Assembly: GCF_964355755.1 (NCBI RefSeq)
Contig: NC_092671.1
Coordinates: 8,122,001 to 8,186,000, forward strand
Length of the DNA: 64,000 bases
Direction: 5' to 3'
From: Antedon mediterranea
Taxonomy: Eukaryota; Animalia; Echinodermata
Positions 14,601 to 28,489 of this stretch are shown one piece after another. Every line of letters starts with the position of its first letter. Position 1 is the first letter of the stretch. A program made the position numbers and the translations under genes. The notes under the pieces were generated by a model that saw nothing but the letters and a program-made list of their open reading frames with translations, was not told the DNA's origin and made no database searches.

Positions 14601-17311
14601 TGGTTCCACCAATTAATTATCAAAACAATGTTTGTTTTGTTTTACAATTATAGTTTAAAAACCTTTCTAATTTAACTGTAACCTTTTGATGCAGATTTAT
14701 GGAATAAATATTTAATTTCATTACAATTGTTGATACTTTTATATTTGTTTTCCGTTTTTGTTGAAACACATGCCATGAAGATAAAATCCGTGACCCTTAC
14801 GTGGGCATTATCTTGTCGTAAATCTTTTGTTTACAGCTTTCTGTGATACGAATTTCAAATATTAAAATCGCTTTTAGGATCATCAAAATGTTTTTTATTG
14901 ATGTTGATGTTTGTAATTACTATCCTCATCTCACCGACACGCGTCAAAGAATTCACATGCTGAAGCCATTAAAATGATGTTGTCATAACCGAGTTATTAA
15001 AGAACACTTTACAAGGTGATAAACAATAAACTGATGAAATAAACTCACTTTGCTCTCTTTAAACATTATTGAGAAATAAACCGAGAATTAAGCTACTGTG
15101 TAATGCAGATTTATTAAAGTCGCGTGTATCCAATAACTTAAATCGATTCATAGACATTTTGAAAAAGTTAAATAATTGGCGTTCATTTATAAGCAGATTT
15201 GTATATACAACAAAATACTGAAACTTTTTTAAACAATAAATAATAGTACAGTCAATTATGAAATGTCCATTAGGCCTAGGCCTGAAAGTTAAGTTTATAA
15301 CAAACAAAAATTGTTTAAAAGTAAACCGTAAAATACTAATTGTTATGGTTGAGTTTATTACGGTAATTATAAGTTAAAGAAAACATTACTAATATTCAAG
15401 AAATTGGCCTACCTGATCAATGCTATCATAGATGATATTGTCAATAGTTATAGGCCTACAATCGGCAATGTATTTTTATATTCACAACTGTGGCCCGTAT
15501 AGGAGAAAGTGGTCTTTAGCGTGTCAGTTTCTTATTCAAATTGCTGTATAGATGTTTCTAATCAAAAGTAGCTTTTAAAAAATAGGAATCCGTTATAATC
15601 AAGGTACCGTTTCAAACTTTATTTTTCTTACTCATCTTTTATATTTTCTATAGGATATTGTACATGCTTTGATATTGTTGTTTGACTGATCTAAAAGTTT
15701 AAAGTTTTTCCTCTTTTGATATTCCCGCATTGTTTTCTTAAGTGACATCCGCCCTAGTCAGTAGGTCAAAAGTATATGACATTGTCACGTACCGTAGTGA
15801 TGTAGCCATGAAAACAAAAAGCGATTCATTAAGTAACGAATCGTTTGGTGTCATCACCAACTTCCGACTTCTTAATACTTCGGTCACGAACACTGTTTTT
15901 CTTCCAAGATTCTCTATGACGTCATTATAAATTTTACAAGCAGTACTGATTTTGACGCGTATTTTCAATTCAACAGATCTGAGTATAAACAGTTTTCCTC
16001 TTATACAATAGCTATATAGAGGAATAACCAAATTCAAACAAAAGATTACAAAAAAGTGTATAGTGGAGTAAATTTTAAATTTTCTCTACTAAGTGACCCA
16101 ATGTGATTTAATTTTCTTAAAACATGAATTCCTTCTTAAAACATGAATTTTGAATGTAATGTCTTCAATTTTGTGTGTGTGCGTGTGTGTATCTTCTGTG
16201 TCCTCCCACTTTTATTTCTTCTTGTTATGAAGAATTATGTTAGAATATATGATATCTTCTATTCAATGAATAATACATTTGACATAACTTCAAATTCAAT
16301 GATAAAATTACTAAACTCGTTCCTGATTTAAAGATAATAAATATACTTCCATTTTGCGAGGAAATATTTAGAGATTTTTAGTCCAGTTCTATGTTTACAT
16401 ATAGTTGTTTACAGTTCCAGAGTAAAAATAGAGGCCTAACATTTTTCCAAAAGTTACCGCTTTACGTTCGTACACCGGGGATAAGTATCTTTGGATTGGG
16501 ATAATCGTTAGGCTTACGGCCATATTGGCATTGTAATCTCATTGCAAGTTAAACTATAATGCTGATGCCAGTGTGTGTAAATTGATAACAATCGAAAAGA
16601 TTTCTTCCATATCCACAAAGAACAATTCGAAAATAAGACGACAATTCGGTCCAGGAGAGCATTTTTAAATTCCTGAAATCAATCGAGACATTCGTTTTCT
16701 TTCTGATTGAAAAAAACTCATTTGAGATTTGAATGTCAATGTTAAGTGGAGATATTGTTCCAAACAATGCGAAGAACCTCTAAATACGAACCTAAAACTG
16801 TTGTTAAACTGGAAAGTGTTTGCTAAGCTAAAAATTGGACTGAAACTTTCCATTAAATTTTTGCAGTAACAATGAACATAAGCTTTCGAAATAATTATAT
16901 GTTTATTTTGTATATGTTATTATGGTGATTTTAGAAAATTGTGAACCATTGGAAGAATTGGGAACTAGAAACTATTTCAATACATTTTTTAAATACAAAT
17001 TTTTTAAATACAAATTTTGTAATTACAACCATGCAATGTTTATGAGTTTTTCTTTTTGTTTACGTAAACATTTCATTTCCTATACCACATGTTTGTGTAT
17101 TTCGCTTTTAACTAAGTCCTATGACGTATTCGTAACGTCATACCACTACAGTTATCCACAATCATAAGATTTTGTTGATTTTGTTTAAGATGTTTTTCAT
17201 GTTTACGGAAGTTTTCAATACCAATATTTTACTAAACCCCATGGGTCAATTAAAAAAAATAAAAATCTTTAGTTTGTTTTGACTGTTTTCTTCTTTTTTA
17301 AAAAAATACAG
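11695..17311 (+). other. Hox3: Hox3 intron (5617 nt, GT-AG, phase 1)
   Basis: GTAAGT...TACAG, at the canonical Hox position between hexapeptide and homeodomain; splicing preserves the frame. Confidence 0.92.
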
Positions 17312-17817
17312 GTTATGAAAAACCACCAACAAAGAAAACCGTCGATGTTACAGGGACATCTAAACGAAATAGAACAGCATTTACAAGTGCTCAACTAGTA
17401 GAGTTAGAAAAAGAATTCCACTTTAACCGCTATTTATGTAGACCCAGACGGATTGAAATGGCAAATGCATTAAATCTAACTGAGAGACAAATAAAAATTT
17501 GGTTTCAAAATCGAAGGATGAAATACAAACGTGACATGAAAGAAAGTGAGAGAGCCGAACGTGGAATGAAAGTATCCGATTCGGTGCTTGCTAGGCAGTC
17601 AGAAAGATCTAGCCTTATAGCAGCAAACTCGCTTATGTTCAGCCCAATTGGAGGCATGGAACGGACATTTCACGGCAATAGTAACAGCGTACCTACCACA
17701 TGCGGAAGGGGAGGTACAGGTGTTTTACCGACAATAGGCCCAACTTTTGATAGATTTAATTCTCATATTTCTTCACATTCAACTATGACCTCAGGATCAC
17801 GATTAACTCACCTTTGA
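17312..17817 (+). CDS. Hox3: Hox3 coding exon 2 (homeodomain 17359-17538 and C-terminus)
   Basis: Pyrimidine tract then TACAG|GT at 17311/17312, phase 1, in frame with exon 1. Homeodomain [60 protein letters not shown] is diagnostic of PG3. The protein ends RLTHL*, matching the Hox3 C-terminal KLTHL motif. Stop TGA at 17815-17817. Confidence 0.97.
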
Positions 17818-18991
17818 AGGAACACATTGAATAAAGAAAAAAATGGAAGTTTCTATTGCTGCAGATTCATTGCCATTGATGACAAGAAAATCACCAAGTT
17901 GTCATCCTATATGAAAACTGTGGTGCATGGTCAACATGGCCTACAGTATTTTTCAATGTTCTGGCGGAGTTGCTGTTTATCAACTGTCTATTGTTAGAGG
18001 CCTAACTGACATGAGCATTTGTATTGAAAAGTATTGTACAATTTTATTTCATTATTATTCTTTATGCAATATGAATATTCAATAGTGTATTGTTAATTTA
18101 ATAAAAAACACTCATGCTTAATGATGTTATTTTTTTGTAAACCATGACGGTATTTTTTATCTTTTAAAATAATATACAGAATGTATAATATATAAATAAT
18201 ACGATGAACACTTTCATTTATAAGATGATTTCCATAATCACATTTTTTTAGTCCTACGATAAAATACGGTAATGAAAAAAGAAAAATGACTAAGGGTTAA
18301 CAAAGCGAATTAAAAAGGTAGATCAGGTACCTTGATGATATCATGATTTAAATGTTAAGAAACCAAGACATATTTAATTACTTGTTTTAGTGTAATTTTA
18401 ATATATTTTCTTTCCATATTATATATTGCTATAAACATAACATGTATAGTTTATTCCATGAAATCATCAGTTTATTCAAATGAGCAATCTTACAGAAGAC
18501 TATCGTAATGTTCTAGATTTATTAACGAGAACACAAATGTTATCAATTATACTTAAGCCTCTTGCTTCGTATTGTCTATAATCTTGATTAAGTCTACCTA
18601 CACAAAATCCAAACAATTAAAATTTACTTTTATATTTCTGGCCTGATTTTAAGAAACCGAACTTGATACAAAAAAAAAACTATGCATCATACTTTTTTTG
18701 GCTTATTTATTTGGTTAAAATTAATTTAAATATTAGGCCTACAAGAAAAAAGTACAAGATTCACAAGAAATGCGTTAAAAATGGTATAGCATTTTAATAA
18801 AATTCATGGAAAAAAGATTAAAAATTACCAGTAAAGAATTTGTGTATTAATGATGTAGGCCTAATTATCATTATTAAAACTACAAAAATGATCACTACTT
18901 TAAGATAATAAATAAAAAATATCAGGTTTTACACAAATATCATCATTTGTTTGTAATCGGAGATTTATAACACTTCGGTAATGTCGGTCTC

Positions 18992-19176
18992 TAAAGCTTG
19001 ATTCCCACTAGAACGTAACGCAAGGACGTAAACGCAACGCAAGCGTTTTAACCAATGACAAGCGAAGTTATAGACAGTTAGCAATCACAAGCGAATAAGT
19101 CATCGCTTGTGATTGGTCAATTCACTTGCGTTGCGTTACGTCCTTGTGTTGCGTCGCTAGTGGGAACCACGCTTTA
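18992..19176. mobile_element. Palindromic MITE family A, copy 1
   Basis: TAAAGCTTGATTCCCACTAG...CTAGTGGGAACCACGCTTTA; arms of ~80 bp are imperfect reverse complements (CAAGGACGTAAACGCAACGCAAG / CTTGCGTTGCGTTACGTCCTTG). Confidence 0.85.
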
Positions 19177-19630
19177 CTAGGATATCCATAAGAAGTGTCC
19201 AACCAATATAGTATTTGGAGAGGGTGAATTTTGTGAATTTTGTGGACTTTATGCGTGTACGTATCATCGATATTATAGTCAATGAATAAAATCATGCATT
19301 ATTTAATCTGTGTATCAAATTGTATAAATATCTTAGTCTTCCACTTTATTCACATTCTATTCAAAATGCTTTATGATAAATATTTATTAGCCTGAAGTTT
19401 TTATAACCTTTTGTACTGAACTGTATTCCAATAAAATGAATTATTGCAACTTGGAATATTATACGTATAACATTAACAGTTAAATTTTCTTGTTTTCTTG
19501 TAGAAATCTCTTTGTACCATCACGTTGCTTTCTTGGTATCAATGATTTAATTCTGTCTAAGCATGTAATCTTTTGAATAAAATGTGATTAAAAAATGAGT
19601 TCATACAATAATTTATTTTGAGGAAGCAGC

Positions 19631-19967
19631 TTAAAAAGTCCTCCTGAAAAAAACTAAATTTTACAAATATGTTATGTATTGTTAAATATGCCATTTTAAT
19701 GTATATAATAGGTATTCACTTTGACCAAAAACAAAATTGGATCGAAACAATATTATTTTATCTTAAAAACTGTAATTTAAGTCAAACATTGTCAATAGTA
19801 TGTCAAACAATGGGGTTTTGGATAAATGTAACCGTTTATTTTGTCTTGTATAAGTGACATTTTTATATGGATGTGAATAACGTTATTAAAACTGCAACAT
19901 GTCATATTCAAAGTATGATTTTATTAATCTTCATTTTTAATATTTTTGGGGAACAATAGATCTTTGA
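19631..19967 (+). mobile_element. MITE family C, diverged copy
   Basis: AAATATGCCATTTTAATGT, CACTTTGACCAAAAA, TGTAATTTAA, TATTAAAACT, TATTCAAAGT and GGGAACAATAGATCTTT are colinear with 22237-22585. Confidence 0.7.
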
Positions 19968-21565
19968 TATTTCATAATGAATTATTGTTATATAAATAAA
20001 CTTTGTTTTGCTTTCATGTATGCCTAAAATAAATATCAATAAATAATAGCATAATGTTCGTATTTTATTACTTTTAAATAATAATCCAGTTGAACTCATT
20101 TTACTTTAATTTGGTAAAAACTATAATTAAGGAGAATGGAACATATATTATGTGTTCTAGACAAAGTGTATAGACATGCGATGCTCTATATAGAATTTGC
20201 CTGATACTGGACAAATCGGCAAAAGGAGGTTAAGGGTAGTGCATGGTACCGGCGTAATATGTGTTTCAGATGCTGTATCACGGAATTTGCATTTATTCCC
20301 AACACAGATACTACAGAGAATCAACTATAAAACACTGTTATTATCATTTGGCCGATTACATAAACTAAAAACATTATCAGTGAAAAATATTGAAAACGCG
20401 TCAATAAGGTATACGTTGATTAATTGCGGATGTATTTCTGGTAAGCCTAGACTCGAGCTGAGATAATAATAGAAACAGCGATATGCACACATCTGGAAGT
20501 GTCAACTTCGATTTTTGCTGCCAGTTTTTGTGATTTTTTTGTGAAAATCGTGTGATATTAAATGGAACGATATGGTAAAAAAGAAAGGCTTCTAGAGATA
20601 CACCCGGTAGATTAATCAATGTTGTCTTCTTGATGCAAGTCATAACAAATATTATCATTTCGTTTTTTGTTCATAATTTTTTTTTTCCTAGAACATTTTT
20701 GTAATGCTAAGTCAAAAACAACAATTGTATTTCTATATACATTTATCAAAACAAGGAAATATAAAGTAACTAAATAATAAAACTATACGACTTTGGTTTT
20801 TCATTAATAAAACTGGCCTTGGCATATCGGTAATCATTGCAATATTATTATTAGTAGATTATTCTTGTATCTTATACCTTTTTATAATGGTTATAGTTTA
20901 CATATAACGCTTACTTAAGAAAAATAATAAAATAAAACGTTTTTACAGTTTAAACGTGTGTACGAATATTATTATGGATTAACTAAGGCATCAAATAAAA
21001 TACAAAATCATCATAAGTACATTTATACCAGAATAATCAAATCATGAAATAAAATTTAAAAAAATTAAAATGGCATTATAAGTAAATAAAAACGTTTGCT
21101 AAAGACGTGATAATATTACTATGTTAATAATATTTGAGCCAAAAAAACCTAATAAGCAAATCTAGTATCTTTTGAAAGTGTTGTCCATTAACTGCGAGAT
21201 TTATCTGCTGTGAAAGTAAAACGTGACGACAAACAAGATATCGATGACCGAGATGAAGTAAAAAACAAACTCAAGGGCGCAAAATTGGATACATCGTATC
21301 ACTGATATGGATGTTTTGCATTAATCATTACGTGAACTGTGTCAGTCAGATATTAAAGCTTACAACACATTTCTTAACAAGTCGACTATTACAAGCTGGT
21401 GTATTAACGTTTCTCTGTAGTATTTGGTTTAGGCTTCACACTAAGTTAATAAAACGCGTGTATCAAGATGGTATCATTTTAACTAACATGATGAGCCAAG
21501 AGTGGACCGACAGATAGCAAAAGTTTAATTTAGAATGGGCAGGGTTTACTTTTTTTTAAACAGTA

Positions 21566-21715
21566 TAAAGCTACCCTATCAAACTGGTTTGACAACAAAA
21601 GTGTGATGTGCCCAAATATGACAGTGATATGCTTAAATATGATAGTAATATGACATCATATTTGCACATTAAATTATTTTGTCATATAAAGTTTGATAGT
21701 GTAGACAGAGCTTTA
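21566..21715. mobile_element. Palindromic MITE family B
   Basis: TAAAGCT-ACCCTATCAAACT...AGTTTGATAGTGTAGACAGAGCTTTA inverted ends (left arm has a small deletion). Inner TTTGACA..AAAA/TTTTGTCA and CAAATATGA/TCATATTTG symmetry. Confidence 0.8.
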
Positions 21716-22236
21716 GCATGGGTTCTACTGGATGCATACGTCTAATGTGAACCCGTGGTAAAACAAATAACTTATAGAAAAATGCTGTCGCGTTTGCGTT
21801 TATAAAGGACATTTTCCGCGTTTCGGGTAATTGTCGAACATATCGAAAACGCGTCGAAATTGATCCGGTCTGTCGGTTTTTAAGTTTTGTTTTATCGTGG
21901 TTTTCACATCTGGATTTTCAAATTACTCCGTATATTAAAGCCTAAACGAAAAGATATCAAACCTGGCTACAAATCGGCAAAACAGGTGTCGTGTAATATC
22001 AAGTATACCTATACATTTTGTATGAGATGTACAAATTAATATATGCTTAATAGGTAGAATATATGGAAATTATTTTACAGAAGCTGTATGTGAATTCTGA
22101 TCATAAGAACAATGTTTAAAACATTAACAAAGTTGTACGATTAATAATGCGAGTGGGGTGGGGCGGGTTAATTACTCATTGCATACCATCTAACTAACTA
22201 AACGAGGTTGGTTTTTCTTTTAAAATTTAATAAATA

Positions 22237-22585
22237 TTAAAGATGTGCAGCTGTCCTCTCAAAAATAATTTTTACAATTGTTTTTGTTGAATATGCCATT
22301 TTAATGTCACATAACAGTTATCCGATTTAATCAAACATTGAAGCTAAACAAAATGTATTTTACCTGAAAAAAAATTGTAATTTAAATCAAAAAATTGTCA
22401 AATTGGCTGCCAGCCAATGGATTTCTAGTTGAATTTAACCATATATTATGTTGTTTTGTAAGTAAAAACATTATTTGCTTTTTTTTTTTCTACGAAAGCT
22501 TTATTAAAACTATAAAATAACCTATTCAAAGTCTGATTTAATTAATCTTTATTGTTCATGTTTTAGGGGGACAATACATCTTTAA
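22237..22585 (+). mobile_element. TTAA-flanked MITE family C (Kolobok-like), most complete copy
   Basis: TTAA|AGATGT...TGTCC and GGACAATACATCT|TTAA termini. The internal sequence (AATATGCCATTTTAATGT, TTTACCTGAAAAA, TATTAAAACT, TATTCAAAGT) recurs three more times in the window. Confidence 0.7.
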
Positions 22586-23275
22586 ATGTTCCACTATTCT
22601 TTTTTTGTCATCATTTTCCTCTATGCATAATAGTCGGGACTCAATTATCAATATTTCAAGATACGTGCAAAATATGTATTCATTTCTTGGTATACGGGTT
22701 ATCTAAGCCAGACGAAAATTGAAAAGTACCTATTATTCCTAATAACTAGAAGATTTATGTGATTTCTAAAGGGAAAACAGAAATATAATCTGCCTCGTTA
22801 ACAATTTTTGAACGAAGGAGTGTCCTTACAGGTGCATAGATGTCTGATACAATGCGGGTGCGGTGATCCAATCCCCTGTCTAGGCCTGGGATAACTTATT
22901 TCTGACCCTTTTATTTTTTTTAAAATTTGCTTCCCATGTATTCAATTTGCCTTTAAACGGTTTGTGTTGCATGCGAATACATAATAAAAATATATCAGTG
23001 TCTGATTTTTTTTTTAACCTGTCTGATATCATTACTTTTGTTAACAAATGTGATGAACAACGGGTAATAAAAAAAGGGAAATGTCGAAACATCAAACGCT
23101 GAAAATAGAGGAGGACGTGCGAAGTTGAACAAAACCAAAGATGAATTTGTTAGCATAGCCATGACAGAACTTCAAAGCCGCGTCGTATGAACAACGAACC
23201 ATAACAAAATAATTATTATTATAGTTTAATTCACTGATTTTTTTACTTTTTTTGTATATGCAAAAGAGTTGGAGT

Positions 23276-23513
23276 TGAGTTGTAGCTCGATGGTTATGAT
23301 GCTTGGCTACCACTCCAGGGGTCCTGGGTTTAAGTCCCGTCACATGTCAGGATTTTTTTTCAGGACAAAATTACAACTCCACTCCCAAAGACTTTGTTTA
23401 TGTAGAGCATCTTGTGAATATGTTTGTCTTGTGAACCTCTCTCTCACTTTGAGGGTCCCTAATGATCAGCAATTGCTGGATGGATCACCCTCATTAAATA
23501 TGGTCCAAAAAAA
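23276..23513 (+). mobile_element. tRNA-derived SINE with LINE-like 3' stem-loop
   Basis: Pol III A box TAGCTCGATGG 23283-23293 and B box GGTTTAAGTCC 23327-23337 at tRNA-like spacing. 3' hairpin TGAGGGT(23450)...CAGCAATTGCTG...ACCCTCA(23493), then an A-rich end. Confidence 0.7.
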
Positions 23514-24806
23514 TACTGTGAATAAATTCAGAAAGTCTTTCAACGTTTCTTTAAATACTATGAAGTTAATTAACGATCGGTCTAATCATAAAGGCTGTCA
23601 CTCAAATCAACCGGTTTTATTCATTTGCAGTTATAACCTTGTATATTATCAAATTATCTGTACGGATTTAAGTCTGGCTTTAGAGATTTTATAAAACAGA
23701 TTGGAAATATATCCAATAATATACGATGTTCTCGCTTCAAAAATAAAATAAACAAAATCTATTCGACTGTAACATTTAAAAAGCATATTTCTTTTTCTTC
23801 AGCAGCAGTCAATCAGATGGAATTGTAAAACAGTAACCGTAATATATCTCAAATATATCGCGGATACATATGATTTTATCATTAACCAGTTTACCCTCGG
23901 GTGTCGTTTTATTCATCTATAAAGGATCTTTATTAATACGCACCATGTTAATATGACTGGAAACACAGTAGAAATGGTTTAGTTAGGCCTATAATATGTA
24001 GTTTCCATTATATTATAAAAAGTATGGCCTATGTATTATTCGTCGATGACAGACATGAGTGAATTTAATAACATTTACAATGATTGTCATGGTTTTATTC
24101 AGAAAAATGAACTTCATGAATAAAATGGGGACATAAAATAGGTCTAGCGTATTTAGTGTAGGGACTTACAGTTTTCCACCTTTGATTAATTTCCTCAAAA
24201 GATGATCAAATAGATTTAATATAAAATCAAATTAGTTTTAACTAAATTTACTCAATATTGTTTTTTTTTATTTGAAAATTGTGATGATAAAATAATTAAT
24301 TTAACCAAACAACCCAAAATATACATTATACAATAAAAAATAAATAACAAATTCAACCCAATAACATATAATTCAAGATTTTACTTCAATATTGCTCATA
24401 ATTCTAAATTCTAGTTGTTTACATTCAGTTGTTTGCCAATAATCGAAACGATGAAAAATATATTATCTGGTGACAGAACATAACTTGTATAATGAGGGCG
24501 CACAAGGACGAAGATACAACGGACATGGCAGGCGACGGCTGGATTATGAAGATGCATTAAAACGCCTTCAATATCGTCAATAATAATCGTTTTATATATT
24601 AGCCCTATCACAATCGTACATTTTCTATTGAACTATCTATTTAATATCCATGATTGAGAAATACAGGTTGATACAGGATAAGTATAATGATCAAATGTAA
24701 GGGATACGAATTTATTAAATAAAGATTGGAGGCGTAACATTGAATCAAATAGTTCACATTAGCCATCAAATCCCATTAAAAGGATTGTAAGATTATCCGT
24801 AATTTC

Positions 24807-24875
24807 TGATTGGTCAAAATTAATCACGTTGCGCGTGCGTCGTTGTATTGAGTCCTATGGAGGAACCAAGCTTAA
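24807..24875. mobile_element. MITE family A-related right-arm remnant
   Basis: TGATTGGTCAA...TTGCG...GGAACCAAGCTTAA resembles the right arm of copies 1 and 2. Confidence 0.5.
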
Positions 24876-27800
24876 GAGTATGTTCTGATAAAGTTCTAAA
24901 GTTAAATATCGCCCTCTTTTTCTGTCTGAATCTATTTAACCTTATTGACCGTACTCTACAAAGATGTTTTTTTTTGTCAACCATAGTACACATTCTCAAT
25001 TAAATTCTATTTAAATTCCTGACAAAACCGTTTAATATCATTTTCATGTTAAAACAAATAATAATATTTTAATGATTTATGTTATTTTATATAATCAAAA
25101 AAGTATTTGGAAGAGACACAAGTCAATCAACCGATGATAGTTAAAAGTAATGATCCGTCGTCAGAAGTAATTTGGCGTTTATAGCTTTTGAAGAAGGGCA
25201 GGTTACGATAGAAAATATTTGTTTAATATTCATAATTATTGTGAATAATTTAAAGTACGAGTAAAACGTATTTCTGTTTAATTGAGTCATTTAATTTTCT
25301 GCAATATTAGATATATTTAAAAATCGTTGAAATAATTATGCCAAAATCTGTCGCAAAAGACGTTTCTCAATTTACTGAACAATTACCTTCTAAAGTTTGT
25401 TCCAGATGGGTTTTGATATTATGCATACCTTTTTCTGTATTGATTGCCTGCTTGCGAATAGGCGGCAAACTTGTAAATGCTAATCGTCTGAGTTAGGAGA
25501 GGTATTTGACAAATAAACAAATGTCATTGGTCCGTTGGGGTTAATTAAGTTGGACAAGTTAATTAGCATTTTGCTTATATGGACATATGAAATCGCATAT
25601 TGACATGAGAAATCAGATTAACAAAATATTTACATATAACAAAAAAGTAACGGGCCGATTAATATGATCATTTTGAAATAACAATAGGCATAATTGGCGC
25701 CAATTTTACCGCCCGTCTTGTTTTACTCATTTCTCCCTGATGAGTAATTAAGATATTAAATACTTAATTTTAAGAGATTGTTTTTGTTTCTTTAATGTTT
25801 GATAAAGATTTATTTTAATACTTCACTGCTGTGACAAAAGTTACTATAGCATAGGCCTAAATTCCAGACTCAAATAGGGGTCCAACTCATACAAATTGAC
25901 CATACTATTAGAACAATGATTACAGAATGTAGCCAATGAATTTATTGGGTCCCGAAGATGTCCCCTTAATATATAGATACATGCGAGAGTAAAAACTCTT
26001 TAGGCAATATTATATTCTTAAAGGCCGGGTGCGGGGAAAAGAAATCTATTTATCATACATTCCAATAATGATCAATCTAGGTTCCCCTATAATAATCCCC
26101 CATAATTTTTTAGATTTTATTTGTGTTACACGAGCTTGTTGAAAATAATCACTTTCTTATCAGTGGGGGATAGTTCAAATTACACAGTAAAATCTCTATT
26201 CTTTTGTACACAAATGTTGTAAATAGAGAGGCATTTAAAAAAAACTATGCAAAATAAGCAGTGTGGCAAAAATGTTATCAGATGACTAAATATAGGTAAT
26301 ATAACTTTAATTTTACGTTTCTGATATTTTTATTCAACTTCAAAAATTATCCATCGTATATCCACCATCTTTTTTCAAACATGTTATTAGGCCTATATTA
26401 GGATAAACTACCTAACTACTGAAAAAAGTCTTCCTGTTTTTTTTAGCAGAATTTTGCCAAATTTTGTATTTGACCATTTTAAGGGAAATTAATGTTTTTC
26501 GTCTTGATTTCTGTCAAATATTTGATTTATGTACAATTAACCAGATACTATATTTAAAATGTATACCTCAGCTTTAAAGCTTCCTTCAAGTTTTCGGCCA
26601 AACGGATTATGTATTCACAATGCGTATGACGCCATCTATCGATACAGAATAGACATTGACAAGACGATTATACAAAATAAGTGAAATAAAATACACACGC
26701 TGTTAAACAAAAGAGACCAATATCACCTAATCCCCATGTTAAATTAGGTACCTATGATAGAGTCTTCACTCTGATATAGCATACATTTCTAACAAAGAAC
26801 ATTATTTTACATAGACAACCTGCAAGAGCGCTTCTTCAAAAGGGTTCGTTGGAACAACGCCTGCGCGATTCATGCCAACTTGAGGAAATTCAAATGGTCA
26901 AAGTGCATCAATAACAACAGTTCATTCGAAATTTAGGCCTATCTGTTTCTTTAAATACATTGTGAAACAGTTGTTTATTTAATCCAAAAATGTGTGTGTT
27001 GAAAGTAGACCATCATGTTTGCTCCATCTTTTTTATATAAAGTGGTACGTATACAATACTGGAGTTTGACAATCAAAACAAACCAAATGTTCTTTTCAAA
27101 TGAAATACGTGAACCTTCTATTATATTGCGCTTTTTAATATTGTATATTTATTGTATAAAAAATATTTCACAATAACTAGATGTTATAATTATTAATCTT
27201 CATTACAATGTCTGAAGGTATATATTATGCTCATATAAAATAAGCACATACATTTCAGTAAAACACACAACTCGACTGGCAGTTAGCTATACGTCAAATC
27301 AAAATCGATGATGAAGCATTCTAAAATAAGGGTTGATGTTCTGTAACGAACGAAGCTTGGGTGTGTGAAGAAAAACTCATAATTGTGACGTGACCATAAA
27401 TCATCATTAGATTACTAAACAACATGAAAATGACCTTTATGTTTATGCAAATGAGAACAAGTTTTAGGCCCATAATGACCACATTGAAGAAGAGAATTCG
27501 TAAAAAGGTGGTAAATTCTACAGGTAATTATACAGGATGTACGCACAATCAGATAATCAACGAAGCTCGACCGAATTGTACACTTGCCGAATCACCGATT
27601 TCACTTCACCGAAGTATCTTTTCTAAGCTAAAAGAAAATGTCAAGAAAATATTATACACGTCTTTAAAAGACAAAAAAAAATTTAAAAATACAGACAGTT
27701 TATACACGAAGTATGTCTTTGTTAAAATGCTTTGTTATTTTTGTTTAGTAAAGATAGTACGCCGTGGTTATAAAATATCTGTCTTTTGTTTTCGGCACAC

Positions 27801-28489
27801 GATCCATAGATGTATATAATTGCAAATGAATAAACTTGATTTTGCCTGCAAATGGTTTACATTGTTAGTGTATATAGATTATTAAAAGCAGGTTGCGATC
27901 AAAAGGCCAAGATTTACTAAATTAAAGAAATTGTAAAAGTTCGTATAATCAGTGAAAATACACCGATACATCTGTAAGAAATTTGAAATCCAGCTGCACG
28001 ATGTAAAAGACAAATAATGCGTACTTTTCAATAAGGTAAAATCCGTAGCATTGACCCATCCACATGCACACGGCTATGGTTAAATTTCTGATCTCAACAA
28101 AACAATAAGGTAGATTTTAATTATGTTAATATTGTAATAAACGGTTTAAAGAATAGCAAAGTGTGTGCTTTTATTTATTATAGCGCATTCATTATAGTGA
28201 CCTATATAATTTGTTTTTAGTACAGAAACATCAGCCGTGGCACTCTTGTTATAGCCTATAATGATAAGAAAAAAAAACAACAGTGAGTAACATCACACAA
28301 CGACAACCGTTATAATAATAAAGTATAGCATCAGTTACAGCAGGAAAACAGCTGTATAGTAGTACAATTAGGAGGTAGCAACCCCACTTGTAGAAAGTGT
28401 CAGTTACAGTAGTAAACAGTTATAGTAACAAGATCAACACCATAATAGTTAGAAATTAACAACGCCACTATAGCCTAGTAGAAAGTATA

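Noticed and set aside
23280-23345. Functional tRNA gene
   Set aside because: B box is mutated, the cloverleaf is poor, and it continues into a SINE-like body and tail.
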